Notes under the pieces: generated by a model
Databases searched by the model: none
Told to the model about the DNA's origin: nothing
The model's input: only the letters and a program-made list of their open reading frames with translations
Source: Halorutilales archaeon Cl-col2-1
Lineage (GTDB): Archaea; Halobacteriota; Halobacteria; Halobacteriales; Afararchaeaceae
NCBI GenBank assembly: GCA_041891055.1
Contig: CP169074.1
Coordinates: 1,280,001-1,344,000 of the forward strand
Length of the DNA: 64,000 bases
Reading direction: 5' to 3'
In this document: one piece after another, positions 49,410-59,983 of the stretch
How positions within the stretch are numbered: position 1 is the first letter of the stretch
Layout of the letters: each line of letters starts with the position of its first letter
Made by a program: the position numbers and the translations under genes

Positions 49410-49935
49410 CTAGTCCAAGTAGATCTATGTACTATCTCCTGCTAGTTTTGTTGTGTCAGCTTTAACAAACTATAGGATGTCAAAAGTGCCGTATGGACGT
49501 AGATTTGCCTTAATCGGAGAGTATGATAACTAGCATAACTAACTAGCAACAGACCGACAGCACCGACATATAGATTTGGGTGTGCTAAACAACTATAACT
49601 AGCAACACCAATATTATATCGGATTTGAATATTAATTAAACTATAGGAGATATATTATCAAAGTATCCTGAATTCGGTCGTCTATAGTGATATACTCGCT
49701 AATATTTCAAATCTGCTTAGATAGAGTATGTCACATAATAGTGCGTAACTAGATATATGGCGATATTTATCGAGTGTTCTAGTTCTGAACGTGATATTTG
49801 GCTCTCAAACTGGGTGCTTTTTACGGACATCACCATGAGACCCATTATATGAAACGCTGTAACTACTCAATCAGCAGATCTACAAGTATTTCCCTAGGTG
49901 TTCAGAACTACACATGAACGCATCAGAAAGACGGA

Positions 49936-51207
49936 TTATTCGAATTTTTTGAGTTCAGTCTGTCTTCCATCATCGGAGGTATCGCCATCATATTCTATGC
50001 CATCCTCAGGGAATGCAGATGTAAATTTATCCCTAGCGTACTGTCGGATAAAGTCTTTTTTCTTATCATCGTCAAGATAGCTATTTTCTATGACATCTAT
50101 CGAGGAGCTTGCTTGATCCTCTGCTACTATTTCGAGGGTTCTATGCAGTTCTGCGTTTGCGCTGTGGTAGAATGTATACCAAAATCTACGCAGATTTTTA
50201 GGTGTAGGGGTAGATTCATCGCTTAAGGACACATTTGCTCTATTAGCTATGTCCTTAACCCAGTGTCTTAGTGTCTGATCGGTTCTGGACCCGGACTGAG
50301 TATCAGATGGGAATACTTTGCCGTTCCAGTTATCTTCGTTTCTCAGCTGATTTATATAATACTCAATAGCTTTTTTACCCCCCATGATAGCTACTTCTCC
50401 GGGGCCGTTCTTCCTTTCGCGGTATTCAATGCTTGGGTTATTGTCAATATCTATGTCTTGAGGGACATCTATCCTAATGATATCAGATGGGCGTGCTCCT
50501 GCTCCACCCATCAGGGCTAACAGAGCCTGTTCACGTAAGCTATCTGCCTCATACCACATGCGGCGTATTTGATCAGCAGATAGTGCCTCCGTCTTCGAGT
50601 CTGTCTCTCTCTCCCACCCAAACTCATCTAGTAGTCCATCTGCAGGATTATAATCAATTTCGCCGCGTCTGGCGCAATATTCGTAAAATTCTCTTAAATC
50701 AGTAGCGTAATTTATTTTGGATTGACCACTCTGGTAATAGTCGTCGATGACCTCAAAGACTCTCTCCAAGATGGCAAACCCAGATCTCTCTGAGCCACGT
50801 GCTAGACACATCAAGTCTCCGTCTCCAGTTATCTTATGTACGTAATCTAGGATAGTCGACAGACGTGATCTCCTTGACTCACGTGTAGTCTCGGCAAGTT
50901 TTTGGTGGTTTACTACATCATCTATATAGTTGTCGAGTTTACGCTGGGTCTCACTATGGTTGCCTGGCCAGTCATAGTCTAGGTTATCATCATCCCGGAA
51001 TCCATAGTGTTCGACCAACATCTCATGGGTGCTCATACCATACTCCCTTCTGGCCGCTCTGTGGATAGCACTGTATCCATTTTCGTTTATCCACTTATGT
51101 GATGGGAGCTCCAACTCTGGTTTGCCATCTTTTTTCAATTTTTCTTTTATTTCGGAGTTTACTATATCATCTATAAACTCTTTGGTATATTTTTTCCCGG
51201 ACATCAT
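49936..51207 (-). CDS. Tyrosine recombinase (divergent)
   Basis: GARPSD, RKNG, TPKNLRRFW and a late Tyr; SAM-like N-terminal part; overlaps the upstream integrase gene by 4 bp. Confidence 0.8.
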   Translation of the reverse strand: MMSGKKYTKEFIDDIVNSEIKEKLKKDGKPELELPSHKWINENGYSAIHRAARREYGMSTHEMLVEHYGFRDDDNLDYDWPGNHSETQRKLDNYIDDVVNHQKLAETTRESRRSRLSTILDYVHKITGDGDLMCLARGSERSGFAILERVFEVIDDYYQSGQSKINYATDLREFYEYCARRGEIDYNPADGLLDEFGWERETDSKTEALSADQIRRMWYEADSLREQALLALMGGAGARPSDIIRIDVPQDIDIDNNPSIEYRERKNGPGEVAIMGGKKAIEYYINQLRNEDNWNGKVFPSDTQSGSRTDQTLRHWVKDIANRANVSLSDESTPTPKNLRRFWYTFYHSANAELHRTLEIVAEDQASSSIDVIENSYLDDDKKKDFIRQYARDKFTSAFPEDGIEYDGDTSDDGRQTELKKFE

Positions 51208-52325
51208 CCTATACGATCAAGAGTGTCACGACGCTCCTCAGGCGTCGGATTAGTATACTTTATAGTCGTTTCAATATTTTTGTGTCTTAGTTGCTCTTTT
51301 GTTTGTTCTATGCCCCCTTCGGTAGTCATATGGTCTCCAACACTGTGTCTAATACTATACCATGTTATTTTGCGGTTTTCCGTCGGGATCCCAGCCTCAT
51401 CGCATATATCACGGATTAGACGACCGAGAGATTTAGATTTATAAGGATTAGCCTCTCTAGTTAGCCAAATCTCGTTACGTCCGTCGTATTTTGATTTATT
51501 TTGTCTTTGCTCAAGCCAGTGACGGAGTGCATCTGTGCTTTTTTCGGTGAGGGATACCTCCCAACTCTCACGGTTTTTTGCGGCGTCGTCCTTAGGTATA
51601 TATAGAGTGCTTTTCTCGAGGCGGATCCAATCCAGACTAGCACGCTCTACCTCGATAGGGCGGAGACCAGCATCGAGACTGACCCATACTAGACTAGAGA
51701 TTTTCCAGCTGTCTCTGACTCTGTCCCAGTCAGCAGGTGTCACCTCCGTCTTCGGCTTCTCGAGGCGCTGAGCTAGATAAGCTTGCCATCGATCCCTCTC
51801 GTCTGGACTGACAGAGTGATACTGTGGTATGGTATCATACTCTAGTGCTACGTCTCTTATCTGCCTCCTCTCCTCGCGCGTAAACGAGTCAGCCTGCTTG
51901 CCAGCAGACTCATCAAAATTATATTGAGGGGTCCATTTGTCTCCGCCTTTTTGATCCGCACGCCAGCTAAAGTATTTTTGCAGAGTGTTGACGAGCTTTC
52001 TTTTGTTGCTTCCGCTATAAATATCTCCGCTATCATCAAGTATAGTATCCTGCATCAGTCCCTGTAGGTACGCCTCTGCGTGGTCATGTGTTATCCTACC
52101 ATACCCATAGTTGTCCCATATCCAGCGCTTTATCTGATCGAGGCGACTGAGATAGTTATCCGTTGTCGACTCCGCTAACCCAGTGTGACTTTCTGGGTAT
52201 TTGCCTTTTTCTAGGCACCAGTTCACAAATTCTTTGTGCTCTTGCGCTTGCAGCATCTGTTTTTTGTCGCTGAGACGCTCTCCCATTGACTCTGAGAGAT
52301 AGTTATCTTGGGTCATCGACATCAA
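51204..52325 (-). CDS. Tyrosine recombinase/integrase, paralogue of 53790-54938
   Basis: DAGLRPIEV, K, YSIRHS, QLRH, TIKY. Confidence 0.92.
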   Translation of the reverse strand: MMSMTQDNYLSESMGERLSDKKQMLQAQEHKEFVNWCLEKGKYPESHTGLAESTTDNYLSRLDQIKRWIWDNYGYGRITHDHAEAYLQGLMQDTILDDSGDIYSGSNKRKLVNTLQKYFSWRADQKGGDKWTPQYNFDESAGKQADSFTREERRQIRDVALEYDTIPQYHSVSPDERDRWQAYLAQRLEKPKTEVTPADWDRVRDSWKISSLVWVSLDAGLRPIEVERASLDWIRLEKSTLYIPKDDAAKNRESWEVSLTEKSTDALRHWLEQRQNKSKYDGRNEIWLTREANPYKSKSLGRLIRDICDEAGIPTENRKITWYSIRHSVGDHMTTEGGIEQTKEQLRHKNIETTIKYTNPTPEERRDTLDRIG

Positions 52326-52377
52326 GACATATATGATACCAATAAATCAGACTCATCCTCAAATCGAGATTTGATGG

Positions 52378-52528
52378 GGTAGTGTTCAGATAAGGATTTC
52401 AATTGAAGAGGTTGGGTTTTGACCGGTGTCAGTTCAAATCGCGAGCCAGAGAGAGAACAAGTTTAGGTGGACAAAAATAAGTTTGTAGATGTATTCCTTC
52501 CCACGAATCCGCTTATCTGAACACCGCC
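52378..52528. mobile_element. MITE with 17-bp TIRs and 8-bp target duplication
   Basis: GGTAGTGTTCAGATAAG ... CTTATCTGAACACCGCC, flanked by TTTGATGG on both sides. Confidence 0.85.
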
Positions 52529-52576
52529 TTTGATGGGGGGCAAAGTTTAATATCCCTAAGTATTTATCCAAATTAG

Positions 52577-53788
52577 ATGTCAGATATTGAAAGTGGAATT
52601 ATATTAAGTGAACTAGAAAGAAAATATCTGGAGACAGGAGAGACAGGTAGTTATAGTGAGCCTGAGTTGAATAAAAGAATAGAATCTAAAGCAGAGGAAG
52701 ATCTTCCACAAGACATCATAGATCTAATACAGGATATTTCTCTACTATATCGAGAAGGAATTCTTGAAAGTGAAGGAGGAGAAAAAGGAAGAGAAACTCT
52801 AAGAAAAAAGATATCTGATTCTAGAATAACTGAAAAAGCGGAAACGCCAACTGAATCAGACATACAACTTATACAAGCGGAGAAAAGTAGTGAAGAAATA
52901 CATTTAGGTATCGAAATAGGCAATATACTAAAATTTCTTTACTCAGATATTAATAAATCGGATTTTGATTCACCGTCACCTGAAGCTGAATACTGGCATA
53001 ATTTGATATGGGGAATAGTTCTTTCATTTACTTATAACTATACCTATAATGCCCAGAAAACATACACAGAAAGGCTGGATCTCCTACGGGAATTAGATAA
53101 ACTTGGAAACCTTAAGCTAAATACGTCAATAGAACAAACAAAAGGAGTGGAATACCTCTCGAAAAGGTCTAGACCTACTCTAGGTATAATTAAAAAAGTA
53201 TTGAGTGAAAATGGTATTCATTATACTCCATTGTTAAAACACCGTATATTTAGGGAAGTAGGGGTGAATTTTGATTTAGATCCCAAAGATACTGATGAAA
53301 AGAAAGAAGACGAGTTAGGAGAGAAGATAAACGAACTAATTTCTCAGTATAATCTTAGAGAGGTAGAGAAAATACACGACTATCTTAGAAGAGATAAAAA
53401 ACATATCCGAAGTAAATACTATAAGGACACAAATGTCGAAGAACTATTGAAATTTATTTGGGGTAGAAAAGGAAAGAAGAGAAGTTATATTGCAAAGGAA
53501 ATGAAACGAGATAAAAAATTTGTGTCTCAGGCTTTGAAAGAGATTAGTGGAGATAGCGACAGATGGGAAAATAGACCACTAGTAAAAAAAGAAGATAAAA
53601 GGTGGTATACAACCTCGTACGGAGATCTTCTAATTAGATATAGTGGGAAAGAAAATCCGCATGAATGGCTACATTATTTAGCTATACTACAAGGCGATAA
53701 GAATGAACTAAAAAAAGATTGTGACGATAGAGAGAATTGGGAAGATGGAATACAAATACTAACCAAGGTTATTGAGGATCTTTGTTAA
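52577..53788 (+). CDS. Hypothetical low-GC protein, possible C-terminal winged helix
   Basis: 403-aa ORF; KRSYIAKEMKRDKKFVSQALKEI...WYTTSYG resembles an HTH plus wing. Confidence 0.7.
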   Translation: MSDIESGIILSELERKYLETGETGSYSEPELNKRIESKAEEDLPQDIIDLIQDISLLYREGILESEGGEKGRETLRKKISDSRITEKAETPTESDIQLIQAEKSSEEIHLGIEIGNILKFLYSDINKSDFDSPSPEAEYWHNLIWGIVLSFTYNYTYNAQKTYTERLDLLRELDKLGNLKLNTSIEQTKGVEYLSKRSRPTLGIIKKVLSENGIHYTPLLKHRIFREVGVNFDLDPKDTDEKKEDELGEKINELISQYNLREVEKIHDYLRRDKKHIRSKYYKDTNVEELLKFIWGRKGKKRSYIAKEMKRDKKFVSQALKEISGDSDRWENRPLVKKEDKRWYTTSYGDLLIRYSGKENPHEWLHYLAILQGDKNELKKDCDDRENWEDGIQILTKVIEDLC

Positions 53789-53789
53789 T

Positions 53790-54938
53790 CTAACCCATCC
53801 TATCTAGTGCATCCTTTCTGTCCTCTACGGGGGTCTGATCATATTTCATGGTCGTCTTCTCACTTTTGTGCCTCAACTGAGCCTGAGCGGCTGCGAGATC
53901 CTCTTCTCTAGTCATATACGTCCCGACAGAGTGGCGTATAGAATACCAGCTCATCTTTCTGTTATCCGTCGATATACCGGCTATATCACATAATCTTCGT
54001 AGGACATGTCTCAGAGAAGCTGACGAGTAAGGGTTAGCCTGTCTCGTTAGCCAGATCTTGTCGGTATCATCATACATGTCATACATCTTGCGCTGCTTAA
54101 CCCATCTCTTGAGTATATTCGCTGTCTTGTCTCGTAGACCTACCACCCAGTTCTCGTTATTCTTACTACTCTCTTCTTTCGGGATCCTCAGAACACCGTT
54201 TTTGAGGTCGAGCCACCCAATAACAGCTCTTTCAACTTCTATGGGACGTAGTCCGGCGTCAAGGCTTGTCCATACTAGACTGGGTATCTTCCAGTCGTTA
54301 GCTTTGTCCCAGTCTTCAGGAGAGACCTCATTCTTGGGTTTCTCGAACCTCTGAGCAAGATATGCTTTCCAGTGATCACGTCCTTCTGGAGAGAGATGGT
54401 TGTAGTGAGGCACGCTCCCGTATTCGAGAGCTGCTTCACGTATTTTCTTTCTCTCGTCCATCGTCAGGTAGTCTCTTGGCTGGGAGGCACCGCTACTGTC
54501 ACTGAATCTAATTTCGGGATCCCAGTTATCCCAGTTGTGTTCGTGTTTGTGCCACTTGAAAAGCATCTGGACGGATTTCTGGCAGTTGCTTTTGTGGACA
54601 TTGCTTTTGTCTTGGTGTGCAAGTTCTTTCATCCATCCGTCGGCGTGTTCGTGGGTTATGTCTGTGGTGTAGTGTCCTTCTTGTTCCCAGACCCAGCGGT
54701 AGAACTGATCCATCCGGTATGCTCGGGCTTCTACGGTGCTCTGCGCATAGCCTTTAACTTTACCCGGTTCTTTGCCGAACGTGAGAAGCCACGAGAGGCA
54801 TTCTTTGCGGTGTTGTCTGTAGTCTACTAGTTGTCGTTTGTTTAGTTTTTCTTCTGTTGGTGCAGGTATTACGGTTATATCGTTTAATTCGTCCATCGTA
54901 TCCTCGTGATGTTTAAGCGAATCGTAATGGTCACGCAA
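53790..54938 (-). CDS. tRNA-adjacent tyrosine integrase (likely the island integrase)
   Basis: DAGLRPIEV, SKN, YSIRHS, QLRH, TMKY; begins ~120-160 bp beyond the tRNA 3' end. Confidence 0.92.
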   Translation of the reverse strand: MRDHYDSLKHHEDTMDELNDITVIPAPTEEKLNKRQLVDYRQHRKECLSWLLTFGKEPGKVKGYAQSTVEARAYRMDQFYRWVWEQEGHYTTDITHEHADGWMKELAHQDKSNVHKSNCQKSVQMLFKWHKHEHNWDNWDPEIRFSDSSGASQPRDYLTMDERKKIREAALEYGSVPHYNHLSPEGRDHWKAYLAQRFEKPKNEVSPEDWDKANDWKIPSLVWTSLDAGLRPIEVERAVIGWLDLKNGVLRIPKEESSKNNENWVVGLRDKTANILKRWVKQRKMYDMYDDTDKIWLTRQANPYSSASLRHVLRRLCDIAGISTDNRKMSWYSIRHSVGTYMTREEDLAAAQAQLRHKSEKTTMKYDQTPVEDRKDALDRMG

Positions 54939-55054
54939 TATAATAATCGCCCGACATCGTCGGGGTGACTGTTCAACTGAGTTTCATTGCCCTAACCCAA
55001 CATAATTATCCGATCTTTGTCGGGGTTGAAAACACCAGAAGGAGACGGGTTGAA

Positions 55055-55129
55055 TGCTCCGTCAGGGATTTGAACCCTGGTCATTGCCTCGAGAGGGCAA
55101 TATGATTGGCCGGACTACACCAACGGAGC
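55055..55129 (-). tRNA. tRNA-Glu (anticodon CTC)
   Basis: GCTCCGTTGGTGTAGTCCGGCCAATCATATTGCCCTCTCGAGGCAATGACCAGGGTTCAAATCCCTGACGGAGCA folds as a cloverleaf; no encoded CCA. Confidence 0.97.
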
Positions 55130-55337
55130 GCGCATTACTTCGTATGCCCAAAAAGGTATTAACCCTTTTGCTTTCGGCGTGTGAGACTCAATAGGGAGAG
55201 AATGTCTGAGACGCGCCGATAAACTGATCTGAAGCCTCTCGTAGAGTAATACGCAGTTATGAAAGAGATGAAAACATCTGAACTATGAGAAGGGATTTAA
55301 CCCGTCTCATCGTATCTGTGGCAAGAGAAAGATAAAG

Positions 55338-56174
55338 ATGAGACTTATTCGCGGTTTCGCTTTCGTGGCTCTCGGTATACTCGCCGTCGTGGCTGTCTCG
55401 GGAGGGGCGGCTGCACAGTCCGATCCGGGCTCGTTAACTGTAGACGTGAACCAGAACTCGACGGACGTAGTCATATCAGTGACACAGAACTCAACGCCTG
55501 TCGAAGGGGCGCGTGTCGAGGTGTCGAGCATAGGCGACGACGCCGTCTTCGACGGTGTCTACACTACGGGGGAAGACGGGAGGATAGCCATAGACAGTAA
55601 GTCGGTGGCTTCCTTCGGGTCTGAGGCGGGTGTCGTACAGATCAGGATCAACGTCAGACACGAAAATACCAACTCGGCTTTCTTCACGACAGTCGTCACA
55701 GACAGAGGACTCGGAGAATCGACGCCGCTTGGACAGCGTATCTCATTAGCTCTGCGTGACTCGGTGGCTACGACACGGGGAACTGTCGAGGGAAGCCTCC
55801 TAGTGACACGTATCGGATCATCTGAGACGGAGAATGCCTCGGAAGTCGAGCTTCTCGGAGACCACGCCAACCACGTCTTAGAGCTTCTGAGACAGCAGAG
55901 AGAGAGCGAGAGAAGGCTCCAGACGAGGTTTGCGATGGGGAACATAGACATATTCGAGTTCCACAGCCGAATGGTAGAGATGTCGGCGAGGGAGAAGGCT
56001 CTCAAGAGTGATCTCGAAGTCACTGTAAGACGTCTCGAACGGACACCCGACTCAGATCTGAGGCAGAACGGCTACGACCCCGTTAGGACAGGTATACTCT
56101 ACAGGAACCTGAGGAGCGATATACAGATCAGATACGAGGACATAAGTCTGTCGCAGAACGAGTCGTCGACGTAG
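55338..56174 (+). CDS. Secreted hypothetical protein
   Basis: Signal peptide ending AAA-Q; core-genome codon usage. Confidence 0.75.
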   Translation: MRLIRGFAFVALGILAVVAVSGGAAAQSDPGSLTVDVNQNSTDVVISVTQNSTPVEGARVEVSSIGDDAVFDGVYTTGEDGRIAIDSKSVASFGSEAGVVQIRINVRHENTNSAFFTTVVTDRGLGESTPLGQRISLALRDSVATTRGTVEGSLLVTRIGSSETENASEVELLGDHANHVLELLRQQRESERRLQTRFAMGNIDIFEFHSRMVEMSAREKALKSDLEVTVRRLERTPDSDLRQNGYDPVRTGILYRNLRSDIQIRYEDISLSQNESST

Positions 56175-56248
56175 TCCGGTGGTGGGCTCTCGTCGCCAGT
56201 CTCGTTCGGAATCCTCAAGAGCGAGACCGACTTATCTCTCCTAACCAG

Positions 56249-58312
56249 ATGCTTACAGTTCTCATATCTCCCAACTCGAACAAGGACGAGTACAGGGTGA
56301 TTCCCTCGAGAGACGGAAACCGTCTCTTCGTGGGGACTCTCGAAGTCGGAGAGACATCGAAAGGTCCACGTCCGAAGAAGTTCCGGGTAAGGAGAGACGG
56401 CGACGAGGAGCTTCAGAAGCCCGACGACTTCATCGATCTCGTGAGGATGGCTGACGAGATAGTTCTGACTCAGAGCGGCAACGAGGGGATGAAGGACGAC
56501 GTGAGAGAGCTTCTTTCAGCGTACCAGCTTGAGAGCCGTGAGGAAGATGTCTGCCGTTACTGTCTCATAGACAACGAGTACACGCCACTCGGATACGACC
56601 GTATCAAACACGGAGACGAGTTCATCTGTCCCGACTGCGCGAAGCAGGAGCTAAGGAGAGAGGTGTCTTACAAGGGAGACCTGTCGTCGTCATCGTCGTC
56701 TGACTCGACGTCGGCAGCGATAGACAGGATGTACGAGATACTGATGGAGGTTCGTGACCTCGAAAAAGTCGTGGGTCTCCTCAATTCCAGCCTCGACCCC
56801 GAGCTCACGAAGTTCGACGAGATCTCGGAGAACGTCGAGACACGCGAGGAGATACGTCTCGATGACCTGCCCCTGAGAGACGAGTTCCGGTCTCTGTTGC
56901 CGTTCGACACACTCCTACCCGTCCAGTCGAAGAGCGTCGAGAACGGTCTCTTAGACGGCGAGGATCAGCTCGTAGTTAGTGCGACCGCGACGGGTAAGAC
57001 ACTCATAGGAGAGCTCGCAGGTATACAAAGAGCACTCGAAGGCAAGGGGAAGACGTTGTTCCTCGTTCCCCTCGTCGCCCTCGCCAACCAGAAGTACTCA
57101 CGTTTCAACGAGGACTACTCGGGTATACTCGACGTAACACAGCGTGTGGGATCGAACCGCATATACGGAGGAGAGGAGAGCTTCGACCCGAGTGCTGACG
57201 TCGTAGTAGGAACCTACGAGGGTATCGACCACGCTCTGAGGACGGGGCGTGACCTCGGAGAGATAGGTACGGTTGTCATAGACGAGGTTCACAACCTGAT
57301 GGACGACGAGAGAGGGCACAGGCTCGACGGTCTCATAACACGTCTGAGACATTACACTGGCGAAGTAAAGGGGTCAGGTACGGACACAGACACAGTTACA
57401 GATACCCAGTGGATATTCCTGTCAGCGACGGTCGGTAATCCCGTGGAGCTCTCGGAGAAGCTCAACGCGAGACTCGTCGAGTACGAGGATCGTCCGGTTC
57501 CGATAGAGCGCCATCTCACATTCGCTTCGAGGAGAGAGAAGCCCGACATAATAAACAGGCTCGTCAAACGCGAGTACAACAAGAAGTCGTCGAAGGGATA
57601 CAGGGGTCAGACGATAGTCTTCACCAACTCACGGCGGCGTTGCCACAAGATAGCGGGGAAGATAGACACCACGGCGGCGGCGTACCACGCCGGACTGTCG
57701 TCGAACGAGAGGAAACAGGTCGAGAGGTACTTCGGAGAGGGGGAGATTTCGACCGTCGTGACGACGGCGGCACTAGGAGCCGGCGTCGACTTCCCGGCGT
57801 CACAGGTTATATTCGAGAGTCTCGCGATGGGTATAGACTGGCTCACAGTACAGGAGTTCGAACAGATGCTCGGAAGGGCGGGGAGACCCGACTACCACGA
57901 CCGTGGAGTCGTCTACCTACTCGCAGAGATCGACGGCGTCTACCACAGAAGTATGGAGAGAACCGAGGAGGAGGTCGCTGTCGACCTCCTCAAGGGCGAG
58001 ATGGGGGGTGTCGCGGTCGAGTACGACTCGAGTGCGGTGATGGAGGAGACACTCGCCAACCTCGCCGCAGGTGGCGACGATTACGCGAGTCTCAACGACG
58101 ACCTTATGTACGAGATCGACACCGACCGGGCTGTCTCGAAGCTCAGAGAGTACGGTCTGATGAGGAACGGCAGGATCACCGAGATGGGTAGGATAGGCGC
58201 GTCACATTTCCTGACGCCGAAGCAGGTCGAGACGATGGAGAAGAGCGCGAGACGTGAGGATCCGCCACACAAGACCGTCGCCGAACTTGAGCTTCTCGGC
58301 GACGAGATGTAA
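56249..58312 (+). CDS. Archaeal Ski2-like DEVH helicase (ASH-Ski2 type)
   Basis: N-terminal CRYC/CPDC, SATATGKT, DEVH, LSAT, QMLGRAGRP. Confidence 0.9.
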   Translation: MLTVLISPNSNKDEYRVIPSRDGNRLFVGTLEVGETSKGPRPKKFRVRRDGDEELQKPDDFIDLVRMADEIVLTQSGNEGMKDDVRELLSAYQLESREEDVCRYCLIDNEYTPLGYDRIKHGDEFICPDCAKQELRREVSYKGDLSSSSSSDSTSAAIDRMYEILMEVRDLEKVVGLLNSSLDPELTKFDEISENVETREEIRLDDLPLRDEFRSLLPFDTLLPVQSKSVENGLLDGEDQLVVSATATGKTLIGELAGIQRALEGKGKTLFLVPLVALANQKYSRFNEDYSGILDVTQRVGSNRIYGGEESFDPSADVVVGTYEGIDHALRTGRDLGEIGTVVIDEVHNLMDDERGHRLDGLITRLRHYTGEVKGSGTDTDTVTDTQWIFLSATVGNPVELSEKLNARLVEYEDRPVPIERHLTFASRREKPDIINRLVKREYNKKSSKGYRGQTIVFTNSRRRCHKIAGKIDTTAAAYHAGLSSNERKQVERYFGEGEISTVVTTAALGAGVDFPASQVIFESLAMGIDWLTVQEFEQMLGRAGRPDYHDRGVVYLLAEIDGVYHRSMERTEEEVAVDLLKGEMGGVAVEYDSSAVMEETLANLAAGGDDYASLNDDLMYEIDTDRAVSKLREYGLMRNGRITEMGRIGASHFLTPKQVETMEKSARREDPPHKTVAELELLGDEM

Positions 58313-58609
58313 CTACGAGTTACGGTCGACCCAGTCTTCGTAGTCGTCGTTGGCTTCGGATTTCCGTCTTATCACAGCAGGCACATCGTAGGGATGGATA
58401 TCCTCGACGGCTTGGCGCACCTCCTCGAAGTCGCGTGACGTCTTTACGTCGACCGCGTACTCCGACTCCACGACTGTCTCGCCCTCCCATCTATATACTG
58501 ACCGTATCTCGTGGTAGTTGACACACGCCGCATATCCCGCATCGACTAGCTCGAAGGCGATCTCCTCGGCGGAGTCGACGTCGGGAACCGTGGTGTGTAC
58601 CTCGATCAT
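58313..58609 (-). CDS. cutA: Divalent-cation tolerance protein CutA
   Basis: AACVN, SVYRWEG, HPYDVP. Confidence 0.92.
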   Translation of the reverse strand: MIEVHTTVPDVDSAEEIAFELVDAGYAACVNYHEIRSVYRWEGETVVESEYAVDVKTSRDFEEVRQAVEDIHPYDVPAVIRRKSEANDDYEDWVDRNS

Positions 58610-58669
58610 GGCTGGCTGTCACGTCTGAGACACAAAACCGTTTTGTAAATCCGGGCAGAATACTCCGTA

Positions 58670-59983
58670 ATGGTATCATTCGCAGCCTGGCTTCTGTTCG
58701 GATTCGGTCTCTACTGGACAGCAGTCATCATGCTCTCGTCGGGCGGCTTCTTAGAGAAGTACAACATAGACACAATGGGACCTCTGTTTCTTCTCAGGAC
58801 GGAACGGTGGAAGGACTTACTCGACCGTCTCGCGCGTCCCAAGAGGTTCTGGAGGGCATACGGAAACCTCGGGATAGCGGTCGCAGTCGGCGTAATGGTT
58901 ATCTCGTTCTTCCTACTCGTGATGACGGGGTACAGAAACCTCGTCTCACCGCCCGAGCCGAGCCAGTTCAACCAGCCCGAGAACGTCCTCGTGATTCCGG
59001 GAGTCAACGACTTCCTTCCTCTCTCCATGGCTCCCGAGATAGTCGCCGGACTCGCTATAGGAATCATAGTCCACGAGGGCGGACACGGTATCATGTGCAG
59101 GGTCGGCGACATAGAAGTATCGAGCATGGGACTCCTGACCTTCGCAGTCCTCCCCGTCGGCGCTTTCGTCGAGCCCGACGAGGACGAGGTCGAGAAGGCT
59201 AGCTCGGGGTCGAAGACACGTATGTTCGCAGCGGGTGTGATGAACAACTTCGTTCTGACAGTCTTCGTCTTCGTCCTCCTCGGTCTGAGTATGACCGCGG
59301 TCCAGCCCATAGACGGAGTGGGTGTCAAGACGGTCGTTGAGGAGTCGCCCGCCGCGGAGTCGGGTCTGGAGCCGGGAGACATCATAAAGTCGATAGAGGG
59401 AACACAGGTCGGAACAGTCGAGAAGTTCATGTCGGTGATGAGAGAGACATCGCCGGGAGAAACCGTCGAGATAGAGGTATACAGGGAAGGCGAGATACGC
59501 ACGGTAGCCACCACACTCGGCGAGAACCCGCGTGACACCTCGATCGGATACTTAGGGGTCTCGGCGTTCGGAATTACGGACGTCTACTCGTCGCTCGCTT
59601 CGCTGAACCCGAGGGACTGGCTCGTGACAGTCTTCCTGCCGTTCGGTATACTCGGGTCGGCTTTCCCCGGTTTCACCGGTGAGATAGCCGGCTTCTACGA
59701 ACTCACGGGCGTCGCGGCGTCACTCGGCGGTCTCTACTGGCTGATACCCAACCTCCTCTTCTGGACGGCTTGGGTTAACTTCAACCTAGGACTCTTCAAC
59801 TGCGTCCCAGCGGTTCCGCTCGACGGAGGACATATACTCCGTGAGGGAGCCGAGAAGGTCGTCAGTCCTTTCGTCAAGGGTGACACGAAAGAGAAGGTCG
59901 CGGGCGCACTCACGGGCGCGACTGCCATACTCATGTTCGGCAGCCTTCTCCTGATGATGTTCGGTCCACGTCTTATGGGGTGA
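58670..59983 (+). CDS. Site-2 protease (M50) with PDZ domain
   Basis: HEGGH, PVGAFVEPD, AAGVMNN, PDZ domain, NCVPAVPLDGG. Confidence 0.93.
   Translation: MVSFAAWLLFGFGLYWTAVIMLSSGGFLEKYNIDTMGPLFLLRTERWKDLLDRLARPKRFWRAYGNLGIAVAVGVMVISFFLLVMTGYRNLVSPPEPSQFNQPENVLVIPGVNDFLPLSMAPEIVAGLAIGIIVHEGGHGIMCRVGDIEVSSMGLLTFAVLPVGAFVEPDEDEVEKASSGSKTRMFAAGVMNNFVLTVFVFVLLGLSMTAVQPIDGVGVKTVVEESPAAESGLEPGDIIKSIEGTQVGTVEKFMSVMRETSPGETVEIEVYREGEIRTVATTLGENPRDTSIGYLGVSAFGITDVYSSLASLNPRDWLVTVFLPFGILGSAFPGFTGEIAGFYELTGVAASLGGLYWLIPNLLFWTAWVNFNLGLFNCVPAVPLDGGHILREGAEKVVSPFVKGDTKEKVAGALTGATAILMFGSLLLMMFGPRLMG

Noticed and set aside
56249-58312. Third helicase as part of the defence system
   Set aside because: It lies beyond the tRNA in core-composition DNA among housekeeping genes and is Ski2-like.
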